This document shows, piece by piece, positions 17,800 through 26,924 of a stretch of 64,000 nucleotides of DNA. Source of the stretch: Pelagibacterales bacterium SAG-MED01. Its GTDB lineage: Bacteria; Pseudomonadota; Alphaproteobacteria; Pelagibacterales; Pelagibacteraceae. Within the stretch, counting starts at the first letter, position 1. Each line of letters opens with the position of its first letter. A program made the translations under genes and the position numbers. The stretch covers positions 27,279 through 91,278 of the forward strand of contig JACWCY010000003.1 in the NCBI GenBank assembly GCA_014654455.1. The letters are read 5' to 3'. Under the pieces are notes generated by a model that was given only the letters and a program-made list of their open reading frames with translations, made no database searches and was not told where the DNA came from.

Positions 17800-18645
17800 A
17801 TGAGTAAACTATTTAAATCGTTAACAGTTTTACTTGTGCTTCTTTTTTCAATTTCTTCTGTAAGCGCGAAAACTCTTACAGAAAGACTTGCAGATGGACA
17901 CAAACTAAGACTAGGTTTTGGAACGGCAGTGCCATGGGCTTACGCTGGAGACAGTGGTGAGGCTTTAGGTTTTGTAAACATGATAGCATTAACAGTGCTA
18001 GAGGAGATGGGCATTACCGAACATGAAACAAAAGTTTTTGAATGGTCAGGACTAATACCTGGATTAAATGCAGATCGTGCAGATATGATTACTGGTGGTA
18101 TGTACATTCTTAAAAGCAGGTGTGAAAACATGGACTTTTCAGATCCTATTGGTGTTTTTGGAGATGCAATGCTAGTTCCAAAAGGAAATCCAAAAAATAT
18201 TAACAATTATGCTGATGTTATTTCAACTGGTGCAAAATTAGTAACTGGTACTGGATTTAATACAGTAGAGGCTGCTAAAAAATATGGTGTACCGGATAGC
18301 CAAATGCTTTTAGTTGAAGGCGAAGTTGGAATTTTGGCTGCAATGAAAGCAGGAAGAGCCGACGTTGCTGTGCAAACATTCTTTGGTGCTAAAGAGCATG
18401 AGAAAAAAACTAATGGTAAATTTGAGGTGACTGATCCTAAATTGATGCCTAAAGAAACATTAAACGTTGTAGGTATTGGATTTAGAAAAGGTGATGACAA
18501 GTTTCGAGAAGCATTTAATGCTGCTCTAGCTAAAGTTATGGCTAACCCAGGAACTATGCTGAAAAGAGCTGGAGAGTATGGGTATGATAAAGCTCAACTT
18601 CCTCCACCAGATATGAGTACTGCTTGGGCTTGTTCAACTAAATAA
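17800..18645 (+). CDS. ABC transporter substrate-binding protein, EhuB (ectoine/hydroxyectoine)-like; ligand uncertain
   Basis: Signal peptide; LIPGL, RC..MDFSDP, LVPKGNPKNI, GFRKGD motifs; C-terminal Cys; GGGGAG RBS. Confidence 0.8.
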   Translation: MSKLFKSLTVLLVLLFSISSVSAKTLTERLADGHKLRLGFGTAVPWAYAGDSGEALGFVNMIALTVLEEMGITEHETKVFEWSGLIPGLNADRADMITGGMYILKSRCENMDFSDPIGVFGDAMLVPKGNPKNINNYADVISTGAKLVTGTGFNTVEAAKKYGVPDSQMLLVEGEVGILAAMKAGRADVAVQTFFGAKEHEKKTNGKFEVTDPKLMPKETLNVVGIGFRKGDDKFREAFNAALAKVMANPGTMLKRAGEYGYDKAQLPPPDMSTAWACSTK

Positions 18646-18665
18646 TATTTATATTAAATTTTAAT

Positions 18666-18699
18666 CAGGCGACTTTTATTAAGTCGCCTGGTTTTTTTT
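18666..18699 (+). terminator. Intrinsic terminator/stabilising hairpin after the SBP gene
   Basis: Perfect 10-bp stem CAGGCGACTT/AAGTCGCCTG with a 5-nt loop, followed by G and 8 T. Confidence 0.85.
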
Positions 18700-18713
18700 A
18701 TAAAGGTACGTAA

Positions 18714-19385
18714 GTGAGTTATATAGAATTTTTATCTGAACATGGGGCAACTTTGCTTTTAGGTACAGTTATGACACTAAAAGTTTTAGTTTGTTCTATT
18801 ATTTTGTATGTCATCATCTCGATGATATTTGGCTTGATGAGATTGTCTAAAAATTCAATTATTCAAGCCACAGCTACCATATATATAGAATTTTTTAGAG
18901 GAACTTCTTTATTAGTTCAATTATTTTGGGTTTACTACGTGCTTCCATTTTTTGGAATTTCTCTTGAGGCATTCACAGCTGGTGTAGTTGCACTCGGGTT
19001 AAATTTTGGTGCTTATGGAGCTGAAATAGTAAGAGGAGGTGTTTTGGCAGTACCCAAAGGTCAATGGGAAGCAGCATTTGCATTAAATTTTAGTCCTTCT
19101 AAGAGAATGAAGAATATAATTATCCCTCAAATTTTTCCAATCATTTTACCACCAGCTGCAAATTTAACTGTAGAACTTTTAAAAGCGACAGCATTAGTTG
19201 CACTAGTAACAGTTGTTGATTTAACTTTTGAAGCAAGACAAATAAATTCGATTACATGGTTATCGGTTCAATGTTTTGGAACAGCATTATTAATCTATTA
19301 TTTTATATCAAGATTTCTTTTAGTACCTTTTTTAAGATGGCTTGAGGTATTGGCTGCACGAAAAGTTGGAAAGGGTGGAGCTTAG
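18714..19385 (+). CDS. ehuC: Amino-acid ABC permease, EhuC-like (GTG start)
   Basis: FRGTSLLVQLFW and AYGAEIVRGG EAA loop. Confidence 0.75.
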   Translation: MSYIEFLSEHGATLLLGTVMTLKVLVCSIILYVIISMIFGLMRLSKNSIIQATATIYIEFFRGTSLLVQLFWVYYVLPFFGISLEAFTAGVVALGLNFGAYGAEIVRGGVLAVPKGQWEAAFALNFSPSKRMKNIIIPQIFPIILPPAANLTVELLKATALVALVTVVDLTFEARQINSITWLSVQCFGTALLIYYFISRFLLVPFLRWLEVLAARKVGKGGA

Positions 19386-19388
19386 TTT

Positions 19389-20066
19389 ATGGAAATGGGA
19401 TGGCGATGGGATTTTGCCTATGAAATTTTACCTCAAATGTTATTAGCAACTTTTAATACTATAGTTGCAGCTGGAGTAGGGTATACAATCGCTTTGGTGG
19501 TAGGCTTATTTTTTTTATTAGGTCAAAGAACTCCGTCAAAAATAATTAATGTGATTAATAGAGAAATAGTTGAGTTTGTGAGATCTACTCCACTTTTAAT
19601 ACAACTATTTTTCGTATACTTTGTGCTTCCTCAATTTGGTATTACTTTATCAGCTTGGGTTTGTGGAATGATTACAATTGGACTACACTTTGGGACTTAT
19701 CTTTCTGAGGTTTATAGAGGAGCATTGGAGGGTGTATCAAAAACTCAATGGGAAGCTTGTAGAGCCTTGAACTTTTCAACAATTTATACTTATCGTAGAA
19801 TTGTTTTACCTCAAGCATTTCCGATCGCAATACCAGGTATGGGAAATTACTTAGTAGGTATTTTTAAAGACACTCCATTACTTTCAACTATTGGTGTAGC
19901 AGAATTATTTCATGCAGCAACTGCAGTTGGAGGGTATAATTATAGATATTTAGAACCATATACAATGGTTGGTATAATTTTTTTAATTCTTTCAGTTCCT
20001 GCAGCAATGGGTATAAGAAAATTAGAAAAAAAAGTTAATTCAGCACAAGGAAAAATTAATCAATAA
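19389..20066 (+). CDS. ehuD: Amino-acid ABC permease, EhuD-like
   Basis: WRWDFAYEILP, RSTPLLIQL, YLSEVYRG, FKDTPLLS, YRYLEP. Confidence 0.8.
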   Translation: MEMGWRWDFAYEILPQMLLATFNTIVAAGVGYTIALVVGLFFLLGQRTPSKIINVINREIVEFVRSTPLLIQLFFVYFVLPQFGITLSAWVCGMITIGLHFGTYLSEVYRGALEGVSKTQWEACRALNFSTIYTYRRIVLPQAFPIAIPGMGNYLVGIFKDTPLLSTIGVAELFHAATAVGGYNYRYLEPYTMVGIIFLILSVPAAMGIRKLEKKVNSAQGKINQ

Positions 20067-20857
20067 TGAAAACTAAAAACGATAAAGAAATTATAGTAAA
20101 ATTTTCAGATGTAACTAAACAATATAGCGATTTAGTAGTTTTAGATAAATTAAACTTAGAAATAAAAAAAAATGAGATGGTTTCAATTATTGGACCATCG
20201 GGATCTGGCAAAACTACAGTTCTTAGAGTTCTTATGACTCTAGAAAAAATTAATCAAGGAATAATTCACCTTGATGGAGAACCACTAACACATATGAAAG
20301 AAGGAGAAAAACTCATTCCTGCAAGTGAAAAATATCTTCGAGAAAAACGTTCAAAAATAGGAATGGTTTTTCAACAATTTAATTTATTCCCCCATATGAC
20401 TGCTTTACAAAATTGTATTGAGGCACCTATTGAAGTGCTTGGTATGAAAAAAGAAGAAGCAGAAGCAAGAGCTCTAGAGTTATTAGAACTAGTAGGTTTG
20501 ACTGATAAAAAAAATGAACATCCTTCAAGACTTTCTGGTGGACAACAACAAAGAGTAGCTATAGCAAGAGCTCTTGCAATGAGACCTAAGGTAATGCTCT
20601 TAGATGAAATAACATCTGCATTAGACCCTGAAGTTGTTGGAGAAGTTTTAAATGTAATTAGATCTTTAAATAAAGAGCATAATTTAACAATGATAATGGT
20701 TACTCATCAAATGGGATTTGCTAGAGAAATTTCAGATAGGGTGTGTTTTTTTAATGAAGGAAAAATTTATGAGCAGGGGCCACCAGAACAATTATTTGGA
20801 GATCCACAGAACGAGAGAACTAAGCAATTTTTACACGCTGTTCTGGACGCTAATTAG
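20066..20857 (+). CDS. ehuA: ABC ATP-binding protein, EhuA-like
   Basis: GPSGSGKT, VLRVLMTLE, LSGGQQQRV, LLDE. Confidence 0.85.
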   Translation: MKTKNDKEIIVKFSDVTKQYSDLVVLDKLNLEIKKNEMVSIIGPSGSGKTTVLRVLMTLEKINQGIIHLDGEPLTHMKEGEKLIPASEKYLREKRSKIGMVFQQFNLFPHMTALQNCIEAPIEVLGMKKEEAEARALELLELVGLTDKKNEHPSRLSGGQQQRVAIARALAMRPKVMLLDEITSALDPEVVGEVLNVIRSLNKEHNLTMIMVTHQMGFAREISDRVCFFNEGKIYEQGPPEQLFGDPQNERTKQFLHAVLDAN

Positions 20858-20864
20858 TTTGAAT

Positions 20865-21674
20865 TTAATTTTTTTTTCTTTGATCTATTTCAAAAGCATC
20901 TAATTTTGAAAATAATTCATCTTGAAGAGATGTATCGTGTTCTTCAGCTATTGCTTTTTTTAATTGCTCTCGTCTTTTAAGTCTTTCTTCTTTAAAAATT
21001 TCTTCTTGTAATTTTACTTTTTGGTCCTCGTCAAACTTCTTTTCCCATTCTCTTATTCTTTGAGCTTCTTTATCTTTTTGTATAGCTTCTTCATCTTCTT
21101 TTAATTTTTGTTCTTTTTGTTTTTTTCTAAATTCTTTTAAATCTTTTTTCTTTTGATCTTCTTCTCTAACTTTTAAATCAATATCTCTTTTTTCTTGTAC
21201 TTCGTGAGTAACTTTTAAATCAGATTCTTTCTTTTTTAAATCTTTGTCTAACTTTTTAAGATCTTCTTCTTTTCTTTTTAAGTCAATCTCTTTAATTTCA
21301 AGTTGTTTATCTTTTAACTTAAGATTTTCTTCAATACTAAATTGTTCTCTCTCTTTATTTTTTTGATCTTTTTCTTTTAAGCGTAAATCATCGTCTTTTT
21401 GAATTAATTGTAGATCTTTTTTTCTTAAATGTTCATCCTTTTTTTTTATTTGATCTTCTCTTTTTTTAAATTCTTCATCTCTAATCTTTAAATCTTTTTC
21501 TTTAGATATAATTTTAATTTGTTCTTTTTTTATTAATTCTTCTTTCAGCTTAATTTCTTTTTTTTCATTAATTTTTTGTTTTTTTTTAAAATCATCAAAA
21601 ACTTTATTTAATATAAGACTAATTTTCTTAGTTTTTTTTGGCTGTTTTTTCAGTGATGCTTTTTTTTTAGTCAT
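20865..21674 (-). CDS. Lys/Glu-rich heptad-repeat coiled-coil protein of unknown function
   Basis: Long open frame with about 17 consecutive heptads. Start set at ATG 21674; the ORF track uses TTG 21698. Confidence 0.65.
   Translation of the reverse strand: MTKKKASLKKQPKKTKKISLILNKVFDDFKKKQKINEKKEIKLKEELIKKEQIKIISKEKDLKIRDEEFKKREDQIKKKDEHLRKKDLQLIQKDDDLRLKEKDQKNKEREQFSIEENLKLKDKQLEIKEIDLKRKEEDLKKLDKDLKKKESDLKVTHEVQEKRDIDLKVREEDQKKKDLKEFRKKQKEQKLKEDEEAIQKDKEAQRIREWEKKFDEDQKVKLQEEIFKEERLKRREQLKKAIAEEHDTSLQDELFSKLDAFEIDQRKKN
21172..21284 (-). repeat. Degenerate 21-bp tandem repeat encoding xxxxDLK heptads
   Basis: TTTAAATC/TTTAAGTC-like units on + near 21172, 21214, 21235, 21256 and 21277 (spacings of 42 or 21 bp). 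Confidence 0.65.
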
Positions 21675-21848
21675 TTTTTTTTGATTATATTTCAACAAAG
21701 TTTTGTTAATAATTCAACATTTCCTTTTTAATAATTGAAAGATTGGTGACTAATTTGAGTTTCAACCTATGAGTGATTATTTGGAATAAAATTATTATAA
21801 ATCAATATTTTTTTTGCATTCAATAATTCAAATCATTATTAAAGTTTT

Positions 21849-22484
21849 ATGAAAAAATTTAAAAAATTAATAATTGCTTGTGATGGTGAGTCTGCAAGTG
21901 GCAAAAGTACTGCAGCAAAACTAATTTCAAAAAAATATAATTTATTGTTAATAAACTCAGGGTTATTATATAGGTATAGTAGTAAGTTAATAATAAAAAA
22001 TAATCCAAAAAATATTACTCAATTCCTTAAAAAAAAATTTAAAAATATATCTTACAGAAATATATCTAAGCAAAATTTACACTCAGAAGAAATAAGTAAT
22101 CATGTTGCATTTCTAGCTAAAAATAAAAAAGTAAGAAAGATAATCAATCAATTTCAATTAAAAATTATTAAATCTAATAAAAAAATTTGCGTTGAAGGAA
22201 GAGATATAGCCAGTAAAATTTTAGCTAAAAATCCTAAGTATGATTTAGCATTTTATTTTAAATGCAATCTAAATGTAGCTAGTTATAGAAGGTGGCTAGA
22301 TATTAAAAAGAAAGTTTCTTTAACAAATGTCAAAAAATCTCTTAATAAAAGAACACAAATGGATAAAAAAAGAAAAAATAGTCCTTTAATAAAAGTTAAG
22401 GATGCTATTTTAATTAGATCAGACAAATTAACTAAAAACCAAGTTTTATCTAAAATGTCTAAATATATAGAGAGATTAAATTAA
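21849..22484 (+). CDS. cmk: Cytidylate kinase
   Basis: IACDGESASGKST P-loop, INSGLLYR, VEGRDI. Confidence 0.85.
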   Translation: MKKFKKLIIACDGESASGKSTAAKLISKKYNLLLINSGLLYRYSSKLIIKNNPKNITQFLKKKFKNISYRNISKQNLHSEEISNHVAFLAKNKKVRKIINQFQLKIIKSNKKICVEGRDIASKILAKNPKYDLAFYFKCNLNVASYRRWLDIKKKVSLTNVKKSLNKRTQMDKKRKNSPLIKVKDAILIRSDKLTKNQVLSKMSKYIERLN

Positions 22485-22485
22485 A

Positions 22486-23781
22486 TTACTTATCTTCCTC
22501 TTTAATAGGCTCTTGTATTGGTTCTGTTGTAGGGTTAAGCTCAATACCAGCTGGAGTTATAGTTTGAGGCATTGCAACAAATTGGGAGTCTGGATTTTCT
22601 ACTGTTTGTCTTACCCTCATTCTGTAAATTCCAAAAACACCAATCAAAGCATGAAAGAAAAATAAAAATATAAAAAATCCATTAGAACCAACTACATCCA
22701 TAAATATTGAACACAAAAAAGGACCACTCATTGCACCTAGACCAAATACAAACTGAAGACCTGCACCTGCTGCAACAAATTTCTCTTTAGAGATATAGTC
22801 ATTAGTATGTGCTAAAATTTGAGAAAACATTGGTAAACTACAAAAAGAAAAAAGAATTAAAAAAATATAAAACCAAGTCTTACTTGTAGCAAGTCCATCT
22901 GGTAAATACATTTGTCTAGAAACTAAAATTGCAAGAAGAGCAAATAATGATGCTCCAAAAGTAGAAATAACTATTACTTTTCTTCTATCATACATATCAG
23001 ATATTTTTCCAATAGGAAATTGAGAAACAGCACCTGAGATTGCTAAAAGAAATGTTACAATTGATATTTCAAGTATAGAAAAATTCATTGAAGTTGCATA
23101 AACTGCTAGCAAAGTAAATAAAGCTGCTTGAATAGTTCCATAAAAAAAAGAACTTACCATTCCAAAAGGAGATGCTTCGTAAAGATCTTTTAGTGTCATT
23201 GCTTTAATTCTTTTAAAGGTAGGTGGTTTTTTTTTAGTTAACAATATAGGAATTAGAGCAGCTGAAGTAATAACCGAAACTAAAATAAAAGGTTGAAAAT
23301 TTTGAGGACTACTAAAATTAAGAAGAAACATACCAATACCCATAGATCCATATAATATGACCATATATATTGATAATACACTTCCTCTATTTTTGTTAGT
23401 TGACCTATCATTCAACCAGCTTTCAGCTACAGTATAAATGCAAACCATACTTATCCCAGTTAGAACTCTTAATAAAAACCAAATAAACGGATTTATTAAT
23501 ATAGAGTGCATTAAAATAACTAAAGATGCTAAAGATGCAAAAGCGGCAAAAACTCTTATGTGACCAACCCGAGAAATTATATTTGGAATTGTTGCTGCAC
23601 CTATAAAATATCCAACAAAATATCCGGACATCATAAATCCAGTTGCAGTTAAACTAAATTCTTCTTGAACAGCTCTTACTCCAAGAAGTGATCCTTGAAA
23701 ACCATAAGCCATCATCAAGAAACCCATTCCTAAAAATAGAGCCCAAGAATTTTTTAATACTTTGTTCATATGAGACGACAT
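22486..23781 (-). CDS. MFS transporter (YcaD-like)
   Basis: 12-TM pattern; RVGHIRVF, ESWLN, SDMYDRRKV. The start may be ATG 23769. Confidence 0.85.
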   Translation of the reverse strand: MSSHMNKVLKNSWALFLGMGFLMMAYGFQGSLLGVRAVQEEFSLTATGFMMSGYFVGYFIGAATIPNIISRVGHIRVFAAFASLASLVILMHSILINPFIWFLLRVLTGISMVCIYTVAESWLNDRSTNKNRGSVLSIYMVILYGSMGIGMFLLNFSSPQNFQPFILVSVITSAALIPILLTKKKPPTFKRIKAMTLKDLYEASPFGMVSSFFYGTIQAALFTLLAVYATSMNFSILEISIVTFLLAISGAVSQFPIGKISDMYDRRKVIVISTFGASLFALLAILVSRQMYLPDGLATSKTWFYIFLILFSFCSLPMFSQILAHTNDYISKEKFVAAGAGLQFVFGLGAMSGPFLCSIFMDVVGSNGFFIFLFFFHALIGVFGIYRMRVRQTVENPDSQFVAMPQTITPAGIELNPTTEPIQEPIKEEDK

Positions 23782-23825
23782 CTATTTCTGATTTGTGGCC
23801 AAATCAAGTTATTTTACATGTCGTT

Positions 23826-24704
23826 TTAAGATTTTTTAAGCTTAAGAAATGAGTGAGCAGCGATAGTTAAAATGATAACCACACCTCCTTGCAGAGTCTC
23901 TATACTCGGCTGTTCTTTGATTATAAGCCAAACCCAGATTGGTCCAATAATGGTCTCTAATAGAAAAAATAGATTAACTTCCGCTGCTGGTATAAATCTT
24001 GGTGCTATAGTTACTAATACAAAAGGTATTGCCACACAAAGAATACACATTAAAGGAACAATGATTAAATCATTATTTTCAAGCACAAAACTTTCAATAA
24101 AAAATAATGCAAATGTAGCAACAAACAACTTACCAACAACAGCAGCAGGAACCAAATTTTTAGATTTAGCTGATCTAATAGTTACTGCTCCCACAGCAAG
24201 ACCAATTGCAGTAATAAATCCTAGTATATCACCATAAAAATTACCTAATTTGATAGAATCAGAAAATATATAGATTATTGCTAAAAAAGTAATAATTATA
24301 GAGATCCATGTTTTTTTATCAGGAGGTTCTTTTAAAAAGATTGCACCAAGTATAGCCGAGAGCATTGGAGCTGTAGCTATCATTACCAAGGTATTAGCTA
24401 CATTGGTGTTCTGAATTGAAACTACAAACGTGATATTTGTTATGCTAAAGGTGCTTATATAAACAAGTCCATGATAACCACTCGAAAACAACATTTTAAA
24501 AAAATTTAATTTGTAAATAATAAGCATTCCAAAAAAAACAGTAAAAAATGGAATAATGCCTCTATAAAAAACTAAACCCCAAGTATCAACGTTTGAAAGT
24601 CTTATAAATAACGAGTCTGGAGTGATAAAAATTACAGCTACAAAGGCTAATAAAGAGCCTTTTTGTTGATCAGTTAAATTATTCATGCTTTTAGTTCTTT
24701 CCAA
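23826..24704 (-). CDS. DMT/EamA-family transporter
   Basis: About 10 TM segments; FLKE and LLETIIGPIWVW motifs. Confidence 0.85.
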   Translation of the reverse strand: MERTKSMNNLTDQQKGSLLAFVAVIFITPDSLFIRLSNVDTWGLVFYRGIIPFFTVFFGMLIIYKLNFFKMLFSSGYHGLVYISTFSITNITFVVSIQNTNVANTLVMIATAPMLSAILGAIFLKEPPDKKTWISIIITFLAIIYIFSDSIKLGNFYGDILGFITAIGLAVGAVTIRSAKSKNLVPAAVVGKLFVATFALFFIESFVLENNDLIIVPLMCILCVAIPFVLVTIAPRFIPAAEVNLFFLLETIIGPIWVWLIIKEQPSIETLQGGVVIILTIAAHSFLKLKKS

Positions 24705-25609
24705 AAGGTTTTAGCAAGATTTATTTTTGATAAATCATAAAAAGTTTTTAATCCGGTTGGAGATGTAATATTAATATCACCATTAAGTTTTTGATCAATA
24801 AAATCAATTCCTGCAAAAAAAATATTTTCTTTTTTTAAATCTATGGCAATTAATTTAGATATTTTTTTTTCAACTTTTGTTAATTTAGTATTAATTGGTG
24901 TAGCACCTTTGCTTAAATTGCTTAAAAATGAATTTTTTTTTGGAACTCTAGATATTACCCCACACACTTTACCATTAATTATAAAAACTCTTTTATCCCC
25001 TATACTTATTCTAGGTAAAAATTTTTGACACATTATGTAGTCATGTTTTTTTATAATTTTTTTAATTAATTTAAAATCAAATTTAGTTAATAAATAAATG
25101 TTATTACCACTAAAACTGTTAACAGGTTTCAAAATTACCTTTTTATGATTTTTAAAAAATTTTTTTATTTCACTTATATTTTGGGAGAAGAGAGTACTTG
25201 GCATAAATTTTTGATATTTAGCAGAATAAATTTTTTCAGAAATATTTCTAATTGAAGTAGGATTATTTATAATTTTTACCTTATCTTTGATAGTATCTAA
25301 GATATAAGTTGTTGAAATATACTCCATATTAAAAGGAGGATCTTGACGAACCAAAATGAACTTACATTTTTGGAGATCTAACTTTTGTTTTTTAAGTATT
25401 TTAAAGGACTTCTTTTTTGAATAATCAAATTTAATAAAAAAACCTAAAGCCATTACTTTGGAATTGACTATTGATAAATTTTTTGGATCATAATAAAAAA
25501 TTCTATATTTTTTTTTTTGAGCTTCTTTTGCAAGAAAAATACTAGTATCTGTTTTTGGATTAAGTGTAGTAGGATGGTTTCCTTGTATAGCTACAATTTT
25601 ATTTATCAT
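24683..25609 (-). CDS. gshB: Glutathione synthetase (ATP-grasp), divergent
   Basis: DTS, RQDPPF, NNP..IRN..EK, GDKRV, INITSPTG. Start set at ATG 25609. Confidence 0.85.
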   Translation of the reverse strand: MINKIVAIQGNHPTTLNPKTDTSIFLAKEAQKKKYRIFYYDPKNLSIVNSKVMALGFFIKFDYSKKKSFKILKKQKLDLQKCKFILVRQDPPFNMEYISTTYILDTIKDKVKIINNPTSIRNISEKIYSAKYQKFMPSTLFSQNISEIKKFFKNHKKVILKPVNSFSGNNIYLLTKFDFKLIKKIIKKHDYIMCQKFLPRISIGDKRVFIINGKVCGVISRVPKKNSFLSNLSKGATPINTKLTKVEKKISKLIAIDLKKENIFFAGIDFIDQKLNGDINITSPTGLKTFYDLSKINLAKTFWKELKA

Positions 25610-26894
25610 ATAATTCATTTAAATCTTCATTTTTAGAAAATTTACTAATCATATGATCTGCGTTTGTTGTTTTATTATCAATAACTTTTTGTAAGTGATT
25701 TAAAAATAAAGTTTCATTTTTTCTATTTTTATTAAGCACATCTCTATTCTCTAGTCCTTTTCTAGATAAATTTAATAATGTTGACGCCCAGTAAAGTAGA
25801 TCTTTACCCATTAATTGAGTATTAAATCCTTTCTGAGGAGCCTCGAGATAAGCATTAATTATTTTGTTACTATCCCATTTTGAAATTAATTCATAAACCT
25901 CTTCAAGATTTCCATATAACATCCCTATATTAAAAGCAGGACCTGCACACAGACAATCCCATCCACATGTATCCATAGATCTAAGTTCTATATATTTTTT
26001 TAATCTATTTTCTGTAAAGATTGTACTTAAGTGAGTAGTTAAATCTTTTTCTAATGGCAATCTATTATTTATTTCATTAATTTTTCCATCCATAAAATCT
26101 TTGAAAATATATTTTTTCCCAGAAATATAATTTTCATCATCTTGAATAAATAAAATTGGAAAGTTCATTATAAATTCGGCATATTTTTCAAAATTTAATT
26201 CTTCAAAAAATAATTTTGGAAGTCCACCTCTTGAAGTGTTTTGCCAAACTTTTGATCGATATGATAAATAATTACTATTTTTTTTTTCAACAATCGAAGA
26301 GTTAGCAAACAAAGCTATTGAAATTGGAGTAATCGAATTAACAATTTTAAATTTTTTAATAAAATCTTTTTCTGAGTCATAATCTATATTTAATTGCGTA
26401 CCACAAGTCCGATACATCATATCCAGACTTAACTCTCCTCCTAAAGGCATATATTTAGTCATAAGTTTATATCGTTGTTTTGGGTTATTAGGAATTTCGT
26501 TTAGTTTTGAAATTGGATCAAATCCAGCGCTTACAATACTGATATTTGATTTTTTTGTAACCTGTCTCAACTCAAATAAATAATCTTGAGATTCAGCACA
26601 AGCTTCGTGAATATTGTTTAATTTATCACCAGATAATTCTATTTGGTTCCCTGGCTCGAGGGTTATGTTTTTACCACCTTTATTTAAACCAACAATATTT
26701 TCTTTTTCAAATATTGGGTTCCACCCAAATTCTAATAGAGCAGAAAACATTTTTTTTATTTTTGAATAATTTATCCTTTTATTATTATATTTGTTGAATA
26801 AAAATTTTTCATGTTCAATACCAATTTTAAAATTTTTTGGATTTTTTATCCCTGTCTTGAAATATTTAATAATTTGTTCTTTAGCGGTGATCAT
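25599..26894 (-). CDS. gshA: Glutamate-cysteine ligase (alphaproteobacterial/plant type)
   Basis: IGIEHEKF, TLEPGNQIELSG, MMYRTCGTQLNID, ALFANS, HLSTIFTENRLKKYIELR. Confidence 0.92.
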   Translation of the reverse strand: MITAKEQIIKYFKTGIKNPKNFKIGIEHEKFLFNKYNNKRINYSKIKKMFSALLEFGWNPIFEKENIVGLNKGGKNITLEPGNQIELSGDKLNNIHEACAESQDYLFELRQVTKKSNISIVSAGFDPISKLNEIPNNPKQRYKLMTKYMPLGGELSLDMMYRTCGTQLNIDYDSEKDFIKKFKIVNSITPISIALFANSSIVEKKNSNYLSYRSKVWQNTSRGGLPKLFFEELNFEKYAEFIMNFPILFIQDDENYISGKKYIFKDFMDGKINEINNRLPLEKDLTTHLSTIFTENRLKKYIELRSMDTCGWDCLCAGPAFNIGMLYGNLEEVYELISKWDSNKIINAYLEAPQKGFNTQLMGKDLLYWASTLLNLSRKGLENRDVLNKNRKNETLFLNHLQKVIDNKTTNADHMISKFSKNEDLNELYDK

Positions 26895-26924
26895 TTATAC
26901 TTAGATAATACTTTATTGGTAAAT

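Noticed and set aside
23789-23806. 7-bp hairpin TGATTTG-TGGC-CAAATCA between the DMT and MFS genes
   Set aside because: Short, with no U-tract; function unsupported.
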